The notes under the pieces were generated by a model. That model saw only the letters and a program-made list of their open reading frames with translations, made no database searches and was not told the DNA's origin. Positions 50,841 through 63,613 of a stretch of DNA of 64,000 nt are shown here, piece after piece. The DNA is taken from positions 10,664,001-10,728,000 of the forward strand of contig JBHGNT010000003.1 in assembly GCA_043228905.1 (NCBI GenBank). The letters run 5' to 3'. Origin of the DNA: Azolla caroliniana (lineage: Eukaryota > Plantae > Polypodiophyta). The position numbers were made by a program, and so were the translations under genes. Position 1 is the stretch's first letter. The number at the start of each line of letters is the position of its first letter.

Positions 50841-51553
50841 TTATTGTTAGAAATATAAGCCTAGACGTGTGTATGAACACACCTTAGATATGGACCCTCA
50901 TTTGAAAAGTACCTAGGGTTAGTCACATTTTTTGTAATCAAGGCTATATAAACTATAATTTCTAAATATAGTAACTCATTATGCCTACTCTCTAGTAGAG
51001 CTTATTCCTAATGTAAGCATGAAATAAGGAAATATAATATAGGCAGATAGAGAAACAGAGAGAAAGAAGGGTGTCGATCAACTATATTATCGTCTTTGGA
51101 GGTCAAATATGACCTATGAGACCAAAAATATTACATTTCACGTGATACGTGTGAAAGTGAGTAGTGACTCTCGATGTTCAAGAACTTTACCAATGAATGT
51201 TGCAATCAAGAGTGCACATTGTGGTTTTGAGAGGAATTCATGCAAGGATTGGGCTTGGTCAAAGAGATGTGGAAAGAATGGTCGAATCTGATCAAAGGCA
51301 GAAAATTGTATCAAAGTGTGATACTCAGACTCGCGAACTTGTTTAGGGCAAAGTGTGCATAGCCAACCACTCTCATTTGGAATGCATGTGAGCTAAGTCG
51401 CATGGAAGCAATGGTTCGAATGGCGGATAACGGTATGGGCTCTAACATGTATCAATGTGTACGATTTCCCCGTTCCGCAAAGAATATGGTTTTGTAGTTA
51501 GGTGCAACATGTGTAGTATAATGTGTGAAGTGTGAGCCTCCACATTTGTCCCA

Positions 51554-51680
51554 TGTCATGATACATTAGCGTTGCAAAAAGGCCTTATTTACAAAGGAAT
51601 CTAATGATGCATCATGAAGCAAGTGTCTCACATCCCATCTACCAAACCATTTTTCTATATCTTGCATCCAACCAGAACAC

Positions 51681-51717
<37 letters not shown>

Positions 51718-52782
51718 TTGAGTGGAAAGTATTGTATTGCACTATAAGATGGATTACAAAGAGTGGGCAAAACAAGGAGTTTTAGAATGATGTTGAACTG
51801 ATTTAGTTTTGAGATGATTAATAGATGCTTATTTATAGGTTCCTATGGAGTATTCTAGAAGGTTCTAGAATATAGGGCGCTCTAGAATATTTTAGAACAT
51901 TCTAGAATATAGAGTACTCTAGAATATTCGAGAATGTTTTATGATATTCTATATATTTAGATTATATATTATATATATAAACATATAATTATATTGGCTA
52001 AGGATTTGACATGTATATAACAAGCTTGTGGGTTCAAATCCTTTTAAGGCATCATGTGAGTGTCATCATGACAATGCCTCATCATTATGTGAGTGGAATC
52101 ATGACACTATCCCTCTTCTTCGACGACATGTATCACGGGTCGCATGGTTTGTACTAGGACCTGGTTTACGAGGATATTGGTGATGAAATTCGGTGACCAT
52201 GTCCACGGCATTTGCAAGACTTTCTATAGGTTCCCAAGTTCAATAATTGGGTGTATAGGCTAATCAATCAACCAAGTAATACAACTTGTTGCGCATGAGT
52301 TTGGAATCAGGAATGGCAGCAACCTCAAATTCTAGTCCATCCCAAAACTCAACAGGTAGTGGGGGAGTTATAGGAAGACCCATAATTGAACTTGTGGTGT
52401 AAGGTTCCAAAAGGGATACATGAAATACCGAGCGAAGACGCTTGTGAGGGAGGCCAAGACGAAAAGCAATATCACTTATCTTACCAATGATCGCATAAGG
52501 GCCGAAGTGTTGGTAATCCAATTTACCGCAAGGCCTAATGGTCTTGATGTTGTTTTGTAGAAGCCATACACGATCCCCAACACAAAACATTTTGGAGTGA
52601 AGAATTGTGAAGAATGGTAGCGTGATTTCTTCGGGGTGACTAAGATTATCCTCAGCAGCAAGGTTAGTAGGAACTTATGGATGCTCATTCATCGTCCAAC
52701 GAGGATGACAACCCGTATTTGCGAAAAATGGGGAATATCTTGTAGAAGAATGGATTGAGTTGTTGTAAGCGAACTCAGCCAA
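51554..52782 (-). mobile_element. Chromovirus 3' fragment: INT C-terminus, chromodomain and LTR 51554-52106
   Basis: GDRVWL..TIRPCGKLDYQHFGPY..VFHVSLLEPY..EFEVAAI..LYYLVD; PPT AAGAAGAGGGATAG; TGTCATG...CATGACA LTR. Confidence 0.88.
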
Positions 52783-53060
52783 CAGGACATTTGAAACAGG
52801 TAATATGTCGTGTTCTCATTTTTACTTCTGAGGAGATGGTAAAATGCATACTTATGGCTCATTTCAACACAATTTTATGCTGGTATGACACATGCATACA
52901 TGGTTTCTTAAAACTTACCAAAATTCTCAACTAATTATTTTCATGACAAGAAAGTCAATAGTTTCATATTCCATCTATCATGTTCTTTTATCAAATTTGG
53001 AGATAAGGAATGGAATTCGATGTAAGCTTAATTGTATTAAACCCAATTTTACAAATTATG
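52783..53060. mobile_element. Short terminal fragment of the CCGGG-CATTTGAAACAGG element family
   Basis: CAGGACATTTGAAACAGGTAATATGTCGTGTTCTC at the breakpoint of the chromovirus integrase, followed by AT-rich sequence. Confidence 0.55.
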
Positions 53061-53062
53061 AA

Positions 53063-53495
53063 TATTGGGCCAAAGCAGTCAGAATGGCCGTGTACCTTCA
53101 TAATCAGACATTTGCAGTTGGAGGAAAAGTGTCACCACACAGGCTATACTTCGGGAAGAAGTTGAACCTAGGACACTTAACGGTGTTCACATATATGCAT
53201 GTCTCGAAAGAGAAGAGGAGGAAACTGGATGCAAAGCCGAGAAGTGCAATTTGGTTGGTTATTCAGACAAGCAAAAGGGATATAAATGTTATAATCCCCG
53301 AACGAAACAGGTATGAGTCAATCGAGATGTCGTATTTGTCGAGTCAGCTTCATGGTACTTGCCCTCCTCTCCAACCCCTATTAACTCCGCTTTGAACTCG
53401 GAATATGAGGTCAATGAGGACGGCCCTCTAGTTGAGGAGGATATCGGAACTCTAGAAGAGAGTCTGATCTCATTCCGGCTAAGTGGGCTGAATGT
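53063..53495 (+). mobile_element. Copia integrase fragment
   Basis: YWAKAVRMAVYLHN..KRRKLDAK. Confidence 0.75.
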
Positions 53496-53599
53496 CTCAA
53501 GAACAGTACTAAGACAGAGAAGTATTGTCAGGAACAGTACTAAGACAGAGAAGGAATTAGTACTAAAAGATGAGGATTAGTACTGAGGTGTAGAACAGA

Positions 53600-55990
53600 G
53601 AAGGAAAGTCTTTAAGAAGAGCACGAGCATTGGTCACATTCTCAATTGGTTTCCAAGTACGCGCGTTGGGACTATATCCTAGCCAATTGACTAAATAGTA
53701 GAGTTTGTTGCAAACAATCTTGGAATTGAGGATGGAAGCAACCTCATACTTAGGTTCATCTCCAAGTTCGATTGGGGGTGGAGGTGGTTTAATATGACCT
53801 GGGATGGTGTTGTCCTGATAGGGTTCTAGGTTCGTCGCATGGGTGAGTAGTCTTGATGTGTCATCGTCGTAGCCGTACCCGATCTCCAATGTTAAAACTG
53901 GATGGAAGTTGATGATGATCCGCGTAAGCCTTGTGTGTTTGTTGAGCTTGTTGTAGACGAGTAGATAAATCCACTTATATCTTGCGTATATGCTCCAAAC
54001 GATCCTCTGAACAAGGATTTCTGGGCAACTCTTGGGTTTCAAATACACACCACCGGGGGTGACAACCCATGTAAGCATAAAATGGTGTGACCTTTGTCGA
54101 TGAGTGGACAGAGTTATTATACGTGAATTCGGTGAAGTGGAAAATATCCGCCTAGTCATCTTGATGATAGCTTAGAAAGCACCGAAGATATTGCTCCAAC
54201 GTTTGATTTGTTCGTTTTGGTTGGCCGTCTGTTTGCAGGTGGTAGCCGGAGAGGTTACAACTTACAAGTGACCTTGAGCATTTTGAAGAGGTGCTTCTAG
54301 AATTTCGTGTTTGTTGAGCTTGTTGTAGACGAGTAGATAAATCCACTTGTATCTTGCGTATCTGCTCCAAACGATCCTCTGAGCAAGGATTTCTGGGCAA
54401 CTCTAGGGTTTCAAATACACACCACCGGGGGTGATAGCCCATTCAAGCATAAAATGGTGTCACCTTTGTCAATGAGTGGACAGAGTTATTATACGTGAAT
54501 TCGGCGAAGTGGAGAATATCCGCCTAGTCATCTTGATGATAGCTTAGAAAGAACCGAAGATATTGCTCTAATGTTTGATTTGTTCGTTTTGGTTGGCCGT
54601 CTGTTTGTGGGTGGTAGCCGGAGAGGTTACAACTTACAAGTGACCTTGAGCATTTTGAAGCGGTGCTTCTAGAATTTCGAGACGAACTAGGGTCCACGGT
54701 CGCTAATGATATTATCGGGGAGGCCATGATGCAATGAGAAGATCCCTTAAGAAAATGCGACCTTTGCGTAAAAGAGTCCACTATTGCTAATAGCTCCTTA
54801 TCATGAATTTCATAGTTGATTTCGGCTACGTCAAACTTGCATGAGTGGAAAGCCACAGGATGTAGCTTTTCATCATCACCGTGTTGTGACAGAATGCTAC
54901 CCAAGGCGAAATATGTCGTGTCTACCTCAATGATGAATGGTTTTTACAGATCAACATGAGCTAGAATAGGAGCTGATGTAAATGCCTTATTAAGAATCCC
55001 AAAAGTGATGTCCACATCTTCAAAACAAACGAACGAGTGTCCCTTCCTGGTAAGCTCTATGAGTGGCAGAACAAGCTTTGAGTAATCCTGTATAAACTTG
55101 TGGTAGAAATTGGCAAAGCCTAAAAAGCATTGCACATCTCGCAACGAACGCGGAGTCTGTCATTCTACCACCGTTTTGACCTTAGCGGATCATTGGAGAT
55201 GCCTTCCGAGGAGATGACATAGCCTAGAAATTCCACCTGGTTGCACTTGAAGCTGCATTTTTCTAGTTTTGCATAAAGACCATGTTCTCGAAGCCATTTT
55301 AGTACTAACACTACATGAGAATCATGCTCTTCTTGGGTCTTCGAATAAACCAGTAGATCATCCAAATAGATGATCAAACAAACATCCTAGAGATCTCAGA
55401 ATATATCAATTGCCATGTGCTGGAAGATTGTTGGTGCATTAGTGAGACCGAATGGCATGATCGTATACTCGAAGTGCCCATATCTGGTGCAGAACGCAGT
55501 TTTCCATTCATCTCCTAGTCGGATCCGTGCGAGGATATATGCTCCTCGTAAGTCGATCTTTGTGAAGAACCTTGCACCATTGATCCGTTCTAAAATACTT
55601 GAGATAAGCGGAAGTGCATACCTATTCCTGATGGTGATCTTATTCAAGCCGCGATAATCTACGAAGAGATGAAGTGATCCATCCTTTTTCTTGACGAAGA
55701 AAATGGGTGGGCCGGCTGGAGATTTCGAATGTCAAATGAAATCATTTGTCAAATTCTCCTCTATATTGGCTCGAAGTACTTCTAGCTCGGTTGATGACAA
55801 ATTGTAGATCGGTCCCCATGGTGGCTCTTTTCCCGGTTGTAAATCGATGGAGATTGTACCTTATCAAACACATCGACATACTGATGGTACTTCTCTGGAA
55901 GTTGAACAATGGATTCCTCTTTAGTAGTGTTGGAACGTTTTACTGATACCGCGAAGACAAACATTGCTTCCTTGCGTCCTTCCTCACGCA
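53600..55990 (-). mobile_element. Rearranged chromovirus pol (RT, RH, INT, chromodomain) with a 372-bp tandem duplication
   Basis: [65 protein letters not shown]. Duplicated block ~53935-54306 / 54307-54678. Confidence 0.88.
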
Positions 55991-56015
55991 ATTGATGTAG
56001 CAAAATGGTTGCAAT

Positions 56016-56380
56016 TGTAAAAAGAATAGCGTGCGGAAGCAATAGAAAACAAAACACAAAAATGCAGGTTTAATGGAGAGCTTGAATATACACAGTATGC
56101 CGGAGAGACAGAGAGAGAGAGAGAGTCAATACACACAACTCAATTCAAAAATAATACTCAGTCTGTACATAGAATGTGCTTAGTGAGCACTTTTATACAA
56201 GTCCATCCGGACTGACAAAAGTACTAACACGTACTTTAATGCTCATAACTAAGCTCTACACTAACTCCCAAAATATATTCCTACGCGGAATATCTTTCCA
56301 ACGGCTTCGCGGTTTACGCACCGCTACGGCTTCTCGTTGCGCACCGGCCTAGTCCGGCCTAACCGATCCGGTTCTTGGCT
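56016..56380 (-). mobile_element. Truncated copia LTR
   Basis: Similar to LTR 7808-8217 (tgtacatagaatgtgct, ttttatacaagtcc, aatgctcata). Confidence 0.75.
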
Positions 56381-56384
56381 TGCA

Positions 56385-59300
56385 TATAGCCGACACACAT
56401 GGATCTACCTCATTGAGCCGAAGAGCGAAGTCTTCGACTGTTTCCGGAACCTCCAAAGCATGGTGGAAAGGGAATCGGAGAGGTAGATCAAGTGCTTGCG
56501 GTTGGATGGCGGAAAAGAATATTTTTCCAGCCAATTCAACAGTTATCTGCAACAAAAAGGAATTCAGAGAGACTTGAGCTGCAGATACACACCAGAGCAA
56601 AACGGTGTGGCCGAAAGGAAGAACCAGTCGCTTATCGACGTAGCAAGGGCAATGCTGGAAGAGAAGAGGATGCCCCATTTCTACTGGGCAAAGGCGGTTC
56701 AGACGGCCCTCTACATCCAAAACTAGATCGATGACAAGGTGTCCACGCATGAGCTGTATTTCGGGCGCAAGCCGAATTTGAGACACCTTCGGATTTTCGG
56801 CAGCATAGCATATGTGCATGTGCCGGATGAGAAGCGGAGGAAGCTGGATGCAAAATCGGAGAATTGCATCCTCATCGACCACTCACATGAGCAAAAGGGG
56901 TATAAGTGTTATAATCCCTGGACGAAGCAGGATTGAGTTAGCCGCAATGTCGAGTTCGATGAAACGACATCATGGTACTCCTTACCAACTCCGACTTCCG
57001 ACCCCGACCCGATGCCAGAGGATGAGGCTAGTGAGCCTGAACCGGCCCAGGTAGAAGATGATGAATCCGGGACTCAAGAAGAGAGTCCAGAATCGTTTCG
57101 GTTGAGTGGGCCAAACAAGAGACTGGGTCAATCCGACCAGTCAGAAGAGGAACCGGCGAGTAGTGATGACTCTACCGTGCTCTCCCCGCGCAAGGAACTG
57201 AGGAGACGCTTCACGCACAAAGAGAAGGGGAAGAAGAAGATGCCGGATTATGAAACCGGTAATGATGAGTCGGATCCGAGTGGATCCGACTCTGAAAAGG
57301 AAAATGACGGTTCTTCGGCACCAAAGACCGAACCGGCCAGGAGGGGCCTCAAACCAGGTAACGGTGGGTTACGCCGGTCAACCCGCCAGAAGGAACCTGT
57401 TAAGCGGTAGGGGTACAATGAGTACATGGCGCATCACTATGCGTACATGACCAAGGTGGCGGAAGTGCGTGAGCTGGAGAGCTACGCAGAAGCGGCAAAG
57501 GACGCACATTGGCGTGCCGCTATGGAAGAAGAGATGCGGGCACTTGATACCAACGAGACATGGGACTTGGTTGACCCTCAAGGTCACTATAAACCAATCG
57601 ACTACAAGTTGGTGTACAAGGTAAAGTACAACGCCGACGATTCAGTTATCCAGTACAAGGCCCGGTTAGTGGCGAAGGGATACGCACAGATCCACGGAAT
57701 CGACTACGACGAGACCTTCGCTCCGGTAGCGAAGATAACGACAGTTCGTGTGGTGTTGGCGGTTGTTGTGGCAAGGGAGTGGCATCTTCACCAGATGGAC
57801 GTGAAGAATGCATTTCTTCAAGGCGACCTTGAAGAAGAGGTCTTTATGACCCAACCTCCTGGTTTTCCGTTGGAAATGAACAACTCAGGCGTATGCCCGC
57901 TGAAGAAGTCACTTTATGGCCTGAAGCAAGCCCCCGAGCTTGGAATGCGAAGATTACGCACCGGTTGCGTAAGATGGGGTTTTTGGCCTCCAAGTCTAAC
58001 TCTTCGTTGTTCATCCAGCAAGGTTCGGACGGTCCGATTTGCATTCTATTGTATGTTGATGATCTAGTCATCACCGGACCTGGACACGATGAAATCAGTC
58101 GAGTCAAGTCCCAGTTGTTGGACGCATTTGAGATGAAGGACTTGGGGGACCTTCACTATTTCCTTGGGATCGAGGTGATCCGAACCCTCGACGACATATT
58201 GCTCTCACAAAGACACTATGTGTTGAATATGTTGTACAAGTTCGGCATGACAAAATGCCGACCTGTCTCAACACCCCTGGACCGGAACTAGAAGGTTTGT
58301 CCCTACTTCGGACCGACCTGCGATGAGAAACGGTTTTGACAAATTGTCGGAAGCCTTATATATTTGACAATCACCCGACCTGACATTAGTTATCCAGTCA
58401 GCGTGATCAGCCAATATATGCAGAAGCCGACCATGGAGCACCTTCTGTGTGCGCATCAAATTTTGCGATATGTGAGCGGCACGAAGAAAAGGGGACTGTT
58501 ATAATGGCATGGTATAACCGAAGAGCTAGTCGGCTACACTGATGCCGACTAGGACGGTGATACATCGGATCGCCGATCCACCTCCGGTTACATGTTTTCC
58601 CTAGGTAGTGCGGCTATTTCATGGAGCAGAAAAAAGCAACCAACAGTGGCTCTGTCGAGCACTGAGGCTGAGTATCAGGGTGCTACCGTCGCCACCTGTG
58701 AAGCCATTTGGCTTCGGCGACTGCTGCAAGACCTACAGATCAAGGTATTGACCCCGATCCTGATCTACTGAACCAAATATGACCAGCATGCAGCTTGCCA
58801 AGTACGCCGTGTTCTATGCTCGTACAAAGCACATAGAAGTGCATTATCACTTCATGCGTGAGCAGGTCCTGAGCGGTGAAGTAGAACTTTGATATGTTCA
58901 GACAGATCGACAGGTCGCCGACAACTTCACCAAACCACTCGGATCGGACAAGTTGCAACACTTCACCGAAATGCTTGGTGTTCAGCATCTCGATGTGCCA
59001 CACTTGAGGGGGAGAACGGGCTAAGAAACCGGAAAGGGCAAAGGCAAAGAGACTGTTGATTGTGCCGGTGAGACAAAAAGAAGAAAGGAGTTGAGTCGAC
59101 AAAGGAAGTTGACACATCCGAACAAGTCGGAGCAAGCGGCAGTAGAGCCGGCCAGAGGAGAAGACAAGTTGGAGAATCCCAATTCAGACAAGAGCAGGAA
59201 CGAATCAGAGACAGCTGATTCGGTTCGAGAGTTGGTTTCGGAGGAGCTAGATCAACTAAAGGCCAAGCAGACACGGACACAGTGGAAGTCAATGCCATCG

Positions 59301-59966
59301 TGGAGTAACTGACGGATCGGCAAGCGCCGGAGTCGCAGTAGCGAGGGAGCTTTATTGGGCCTGTTGAGCAAACGAGCAGACCGAGAAGGTGCGTAGAACA
59401 AGAGCGGTCATGGCAAACAAAACCGGACCAGACGAAGAGCGCGAGCGAGGCGGAGCGACGCCAAAAGGAGCCGGGTAGAAGGTTGCCACAAACGTTGACA
59501 CTACGATCCGACCTCAAGTTGAGCTTGAGGGGCAGTGTTGAGCGGCAAGCTCAACCGGATCCGGATCGGCTAAATAAGCCTAAGCCGGATTGGCATCCAG
59601 AAGGATGAAGCCGGATCGGTGAGATGGATCAGACAGATCGTCAAGCCGGTGAGCAAAAGAGCCGATGAGCTAGGGAGTCGGTTAGCCGGATCCAACAGTA
59701 ACTGGAAGTTATTGTCTCGTAGTTAGTGTCAGATGCTTGTGTGAGCATTGAAGTACGTTGTACTTCTGTCAGTCCCACGAGGGCTTGTATAAATAGTGTT
59801 GTTGAGAACATTGTATGTACAGAGTGTTGATATAATTTTTGAATTTAGATTCTTGTTCTGCTCTCTCTGTCTCTCCCGAGTACTTCTGTATTTTGTGTAT
59901 TTCTCTCTCTCTCTGCTGCTACACAGTTAAGTTGTTGTCTTACGCTTCCGCACAAACGTTTTCACA
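56385..59966 (+). mobile_element. Copia INT-RT-RNase H plus 3' LTR 59536-59966, 5'-truncated
   Basis: [50 protein letters not shown]; PPT at 59526-59535; TGTTG...TCACA LTR. Confidence 0.92.
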
Positions 59967-62033
59967 GAAGAGCATACTCAACACGTAATGTCGTTGGCTG
60001 ATTAGTATGCCTTCAGGGGTGCGGATCACTTCGATCTCGAGGAAGGAAGTAATGAAGGTCCCCCAGATCCTTCATGATGAATGATGCCGCAAGCTGGAGC
60101 TTCACACGGTCAATCTCACCTAGGTCGGCGTCGGTGATGACCAAGTCATCAACATAACGTAAAATATTAACCGGCCCGAGTTGACCTTTTCGGATGAACA
60201 ATGAGGAGTCTGATTTTGACATCGCAAAGCCCATCCGACACAATCGTTGCGTGATCTTCATGTTCTAGGCACACGGAGCTGACTTTAGTCCGTAAAGGGA
60301 CATCCCCGCCGAGGTGTTCGTTTCAGAGTGAAATCCGGGGGGTTGTACCATGTACAACTATTCCTCAAGCTCAACTTACAGGAACATATTCTTTGCATCC
60401 ATCTTATGTAAGTGCCACCCCTTCATCGCAGCTACTACGAGCAAAACGCGGACGGTCGTCATCTTCACGACTGGTGCAAACGTCTCATCGTAGTCGATGC
60501 TGTATTGTTGTGTGTGGCCTTTCGCTACTAACCGAGCTTTATACCAGTTGACCGAGCCGTTGGTGTTGTACTTGACCTTGTACACCTAGTCTCTACATCT
60601 GATTGGCTTCACACCTTAAAATGCGTCAACTAGGTCCGAGGTTTCATTTTCCGCCAATGTGCGCATCTCTTCCTCCATTGTGGCACGCCAACTCGCGTCT
60701 TTTGCCGCTTCTATGTAGCTCTCTGGCTCACGGACTTGCGCTACACGAGTCATGTACACATAGTGATGCACCATGTACTCATTGTATCCGAACCGCACAA
60801 CAGGGTTCTTCTAGCGAGTAGATCGGTGTAATTGCTTATTAGCCAAAGTTGAAGCTTTCTTGGCCGACGAGGACTACGCTCTCGAAGGCTCGTCATCGCT
60901 CTTCTCAGAGTCGGACTCGCGTCGATTCGACTCGTTCCTATCCGTGCCGTAATCTGACACCTTCTTCTTCCATTTTTCATTGTGCATAATTCGTCTCCTC
61001 GGCTTCCTACGCGGGGAATGCACGGCCGAGTCTCCACTACTCACCGGCTCTTCTTCGGACTGGTCAAACCGACTCAATCGTCCATTCGGTCAACTTAACC
61101 GAAACGAGATCGAACTCTCTTCTAGGGTCCCGATTTCATCCTCATCCAGAGGCACTTCAGCCTCGCTGACCTCATTGTCAGAACTCGGATTGGAGTTGAG
61201 GTCTGGAGTCGAAAGCAAGTACCAGGACGTGGACTCGTCAAACACAACATCGCGGCTCACTCGAGCTTGTTTGGTTCAGGGGTTATAACACCTATAACCT
61301 TTCTGTTTGTCCGAATAGCCTACCAGGATAAACTTCTCGGCTTTCACCTCCAGCTTCCTTCGCTTCTCCTTCGGTACATGCATATACACAATGCTACCGA
61401 AAACTCTCAAGTGTCACAGATTCGGCTTACTTCCGAAATACAGCTCATGCGCCGACACTTTTCCTCCGATCCGGTTCTGGATGTAGACTGCGGTCCGTAC
61501 TGCCTCGGCCCAATAGAACTTGAGTAAGCTCTTTTCTTCCACCATTGCCCGTGCGGCTTCTACGATCGACCGATTCTTCCTTTTGGCCACACCGTTTTGC
61601 TCTGGCGCATATCTGCAACTAAATTCGTGCGGAAATCCCATCTGTACTAGATACTCGTTGAATTGACCGGAAAAATACTCTTGTCCGCCATCCGATCGTA
61701 GGCACTTGATCTTTCTTCCTGTTTCCCTTTCGACGAAACTCTTGAGGTCCCGGAAACAGTCGAAGATTTCACTCTTCTTCTTAATGAGGTAGATCCACGT
61801 GTGCCGCATGTAGTCATCGATGAAGGAGACAAAATATCAACTCCCGCCAAGACTAACGTTCTGTGCCGGCCCCCATACATCCGAATGTATTAAGTCGAGC
61901 TTGTTACGGCTCCGGTTACACTCCTTAGCGAAAGGAAGTCGGTGTTGCTTCCCTAGCTGGCAGGTTTCACAAATTTGTGCCTTCCGGCCACTAAATTTGG
62001 GCAATCCGAACACCACCTGTTTCGATTGCAACA
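59967..62033 (-). mobile_element. Copia GAG-pre-INT, INT and RT fragment
   Basis: [54 protein letters not shown]; cut at 62033. Confidence 0.9.
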
Positions 62034-62977
62034 CCGGGTCATTTGAAACAGGTAATATGTCGTATTCTCTTTTGGCATAGTTGGCCAGATGTAGAAAAGT
62101 ACCCTATTTTAGCCTGATATCGAAAATATACGATGCATGCGTACCCCTTTTGCGACTTGATGGTTAAATATAGAACAAAAAAAACCTAGCAATTACGAAA
62201 TTGTATATGTGTCCACATTCGTGTCAATTTGCATATCATGGAGCACACAATTGAAGACTTGGTTCAATATAAAGTTCTAAAATTGGTATCCATATTCAAA
62301 TTGTAGAGTAAAACTACATAAACCGTAATTATAAATATGTGGTTTTGGGTTTAGGAATAAAGTAGTACCCCACTTGTTGGACGGGTATATCGATAGTTTC
62401 ATTGTATAATGTCATATAGTTCATGACAATGTAATTGGTAAGAGTAACAATTACGTACGACATTCATTTATACTATGTGGAACCAGTAGACTTGAACCGT
62501 AGGTAACTAAAAACCTCTTATTATCAAAAACATTCGCCTTTTCATATACAGTCATGCTAACGGAAATGAGAAATTACAATATCATGTTAATATCTCAAAC
62601 TGAAGAAGAGCATGGTGACCAATTATATGTAAATACAAACAACGGTTCCAATAATGATTAAAAAGGGAAATTATGAACATGTGAATTTAATTAAATGATA
62701 AACAATTATAGATGTTCTCATATACAAATATAATATGAAGTGATGGTGAACATTATGCCTCAAAATCCTCAATTTTTACATTACGCCATCTACATCAATC
62801 TATAAGCAAATCAGGCAGAGCAGGCTCCTCTGGCGCTGATTGTTCTAGACTGTTTTCATTCGTGTCATCTCCAAGCTCTCCCGAATCTGATGTATGGTCA
62901 AACTGTGCTACATCTTCCAGGTCCAGCAGCTCCCCTGCTTCTTCATCAATTGGTTCCATTGGTTCTCGTGAAGTCAT

Positions 62978-63144
62978 CTAGAACATCTCTGTCTCGTTGA
63001 TGTGTTTTGCTCCGACTTCTTGATCCTGATCTGGACAGTCCCAGATTCCTGTGATCCTCATTTTGATGAAGTTAACTTCAGCAGGGTCCTTCTCCAATGC
63101 AACACAGTTTCTAAACATCTTCAATGCACAAGTTGTCGTTGTAC
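62978..63144 (-). CDS. Beta-class DNA methyltransferase, last exon; acidic in-frame tail continues to 62795 beyond a TAG
   Basis: Acceptor ttag (AG 63146-63145). Splicing rebuilds DLFSGT|GTTTTCALKMFRNCVALEKD, matching the FxGxGTT...GRxxIGxE motif I-II pattern. Confidence 0.82.
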
Positions 63145-63234
63145 CTAATGGTCGCATGAACACAAACAAGTATATATAAGAAGTAACGTCTTCAACTTGA
63201 TAGACAAGATTGAAATTAAATATATATATTATAC

Positions 63235-63524
63235 CTGTGCCAGAGAACAAGTCTAGGACCCAATCATCTGGATTCGAGAAGAGCTCTATGAGGCGGTTGA
63301 TCAATCTTTGAGGTTTTTGATAAGGGTTCACCATACTTTTATCCCCTGACACATGTCTTAATTTTTTGGTTACAGCTGGGCACATGATGTAGTTAACCAC
63401 GTTACGCTCATTGACATGTGCTCTAGCCTTCTTCTTTGTAATTGAATCATAGTAGCCCACACAAAAATGTTCGACTACACTAACCATTCGATCGCCAGGG
63501 CTACGTGTAATATTTGTTTTGATC
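63235..63524 (-). CDS. Beta-class DNA methyltransferase, middle exon (TRD region, motif X, start of motif I)
   Basis: Polypyrimidine acceptor ttttctttctctatag (AG 63526-63525); in-frame join; VNPYQKPQRLINRLIELFSNPDDWVLDLFSGT; donor GTATAA at 63234. Confidence 0.85.
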
Positions 63525-63613
63525 CTATAGAGAAAGAAAATCAAGTATTAGAGGTGTAAATGTGTACATATAATAAGAAGTACTGTAATGAGTAAAAGCG
63601 AACTATAACGCAC

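Noticed and set aside
62034-62065. Helitron 3' end
   Set aside because: The minus strand ends CCGG|T rather than CTRR|T, and no GC-rich subterminal hairpin is visible.
62978-63544. 188-aa ORF taken at face value as an unspliced protein
   Set aside because: The IIYIFNF...FMRPL stretch is an AT-rich 90-nt GT-AG intron splitting motif I, and the ORF start lies within the upstream intron.
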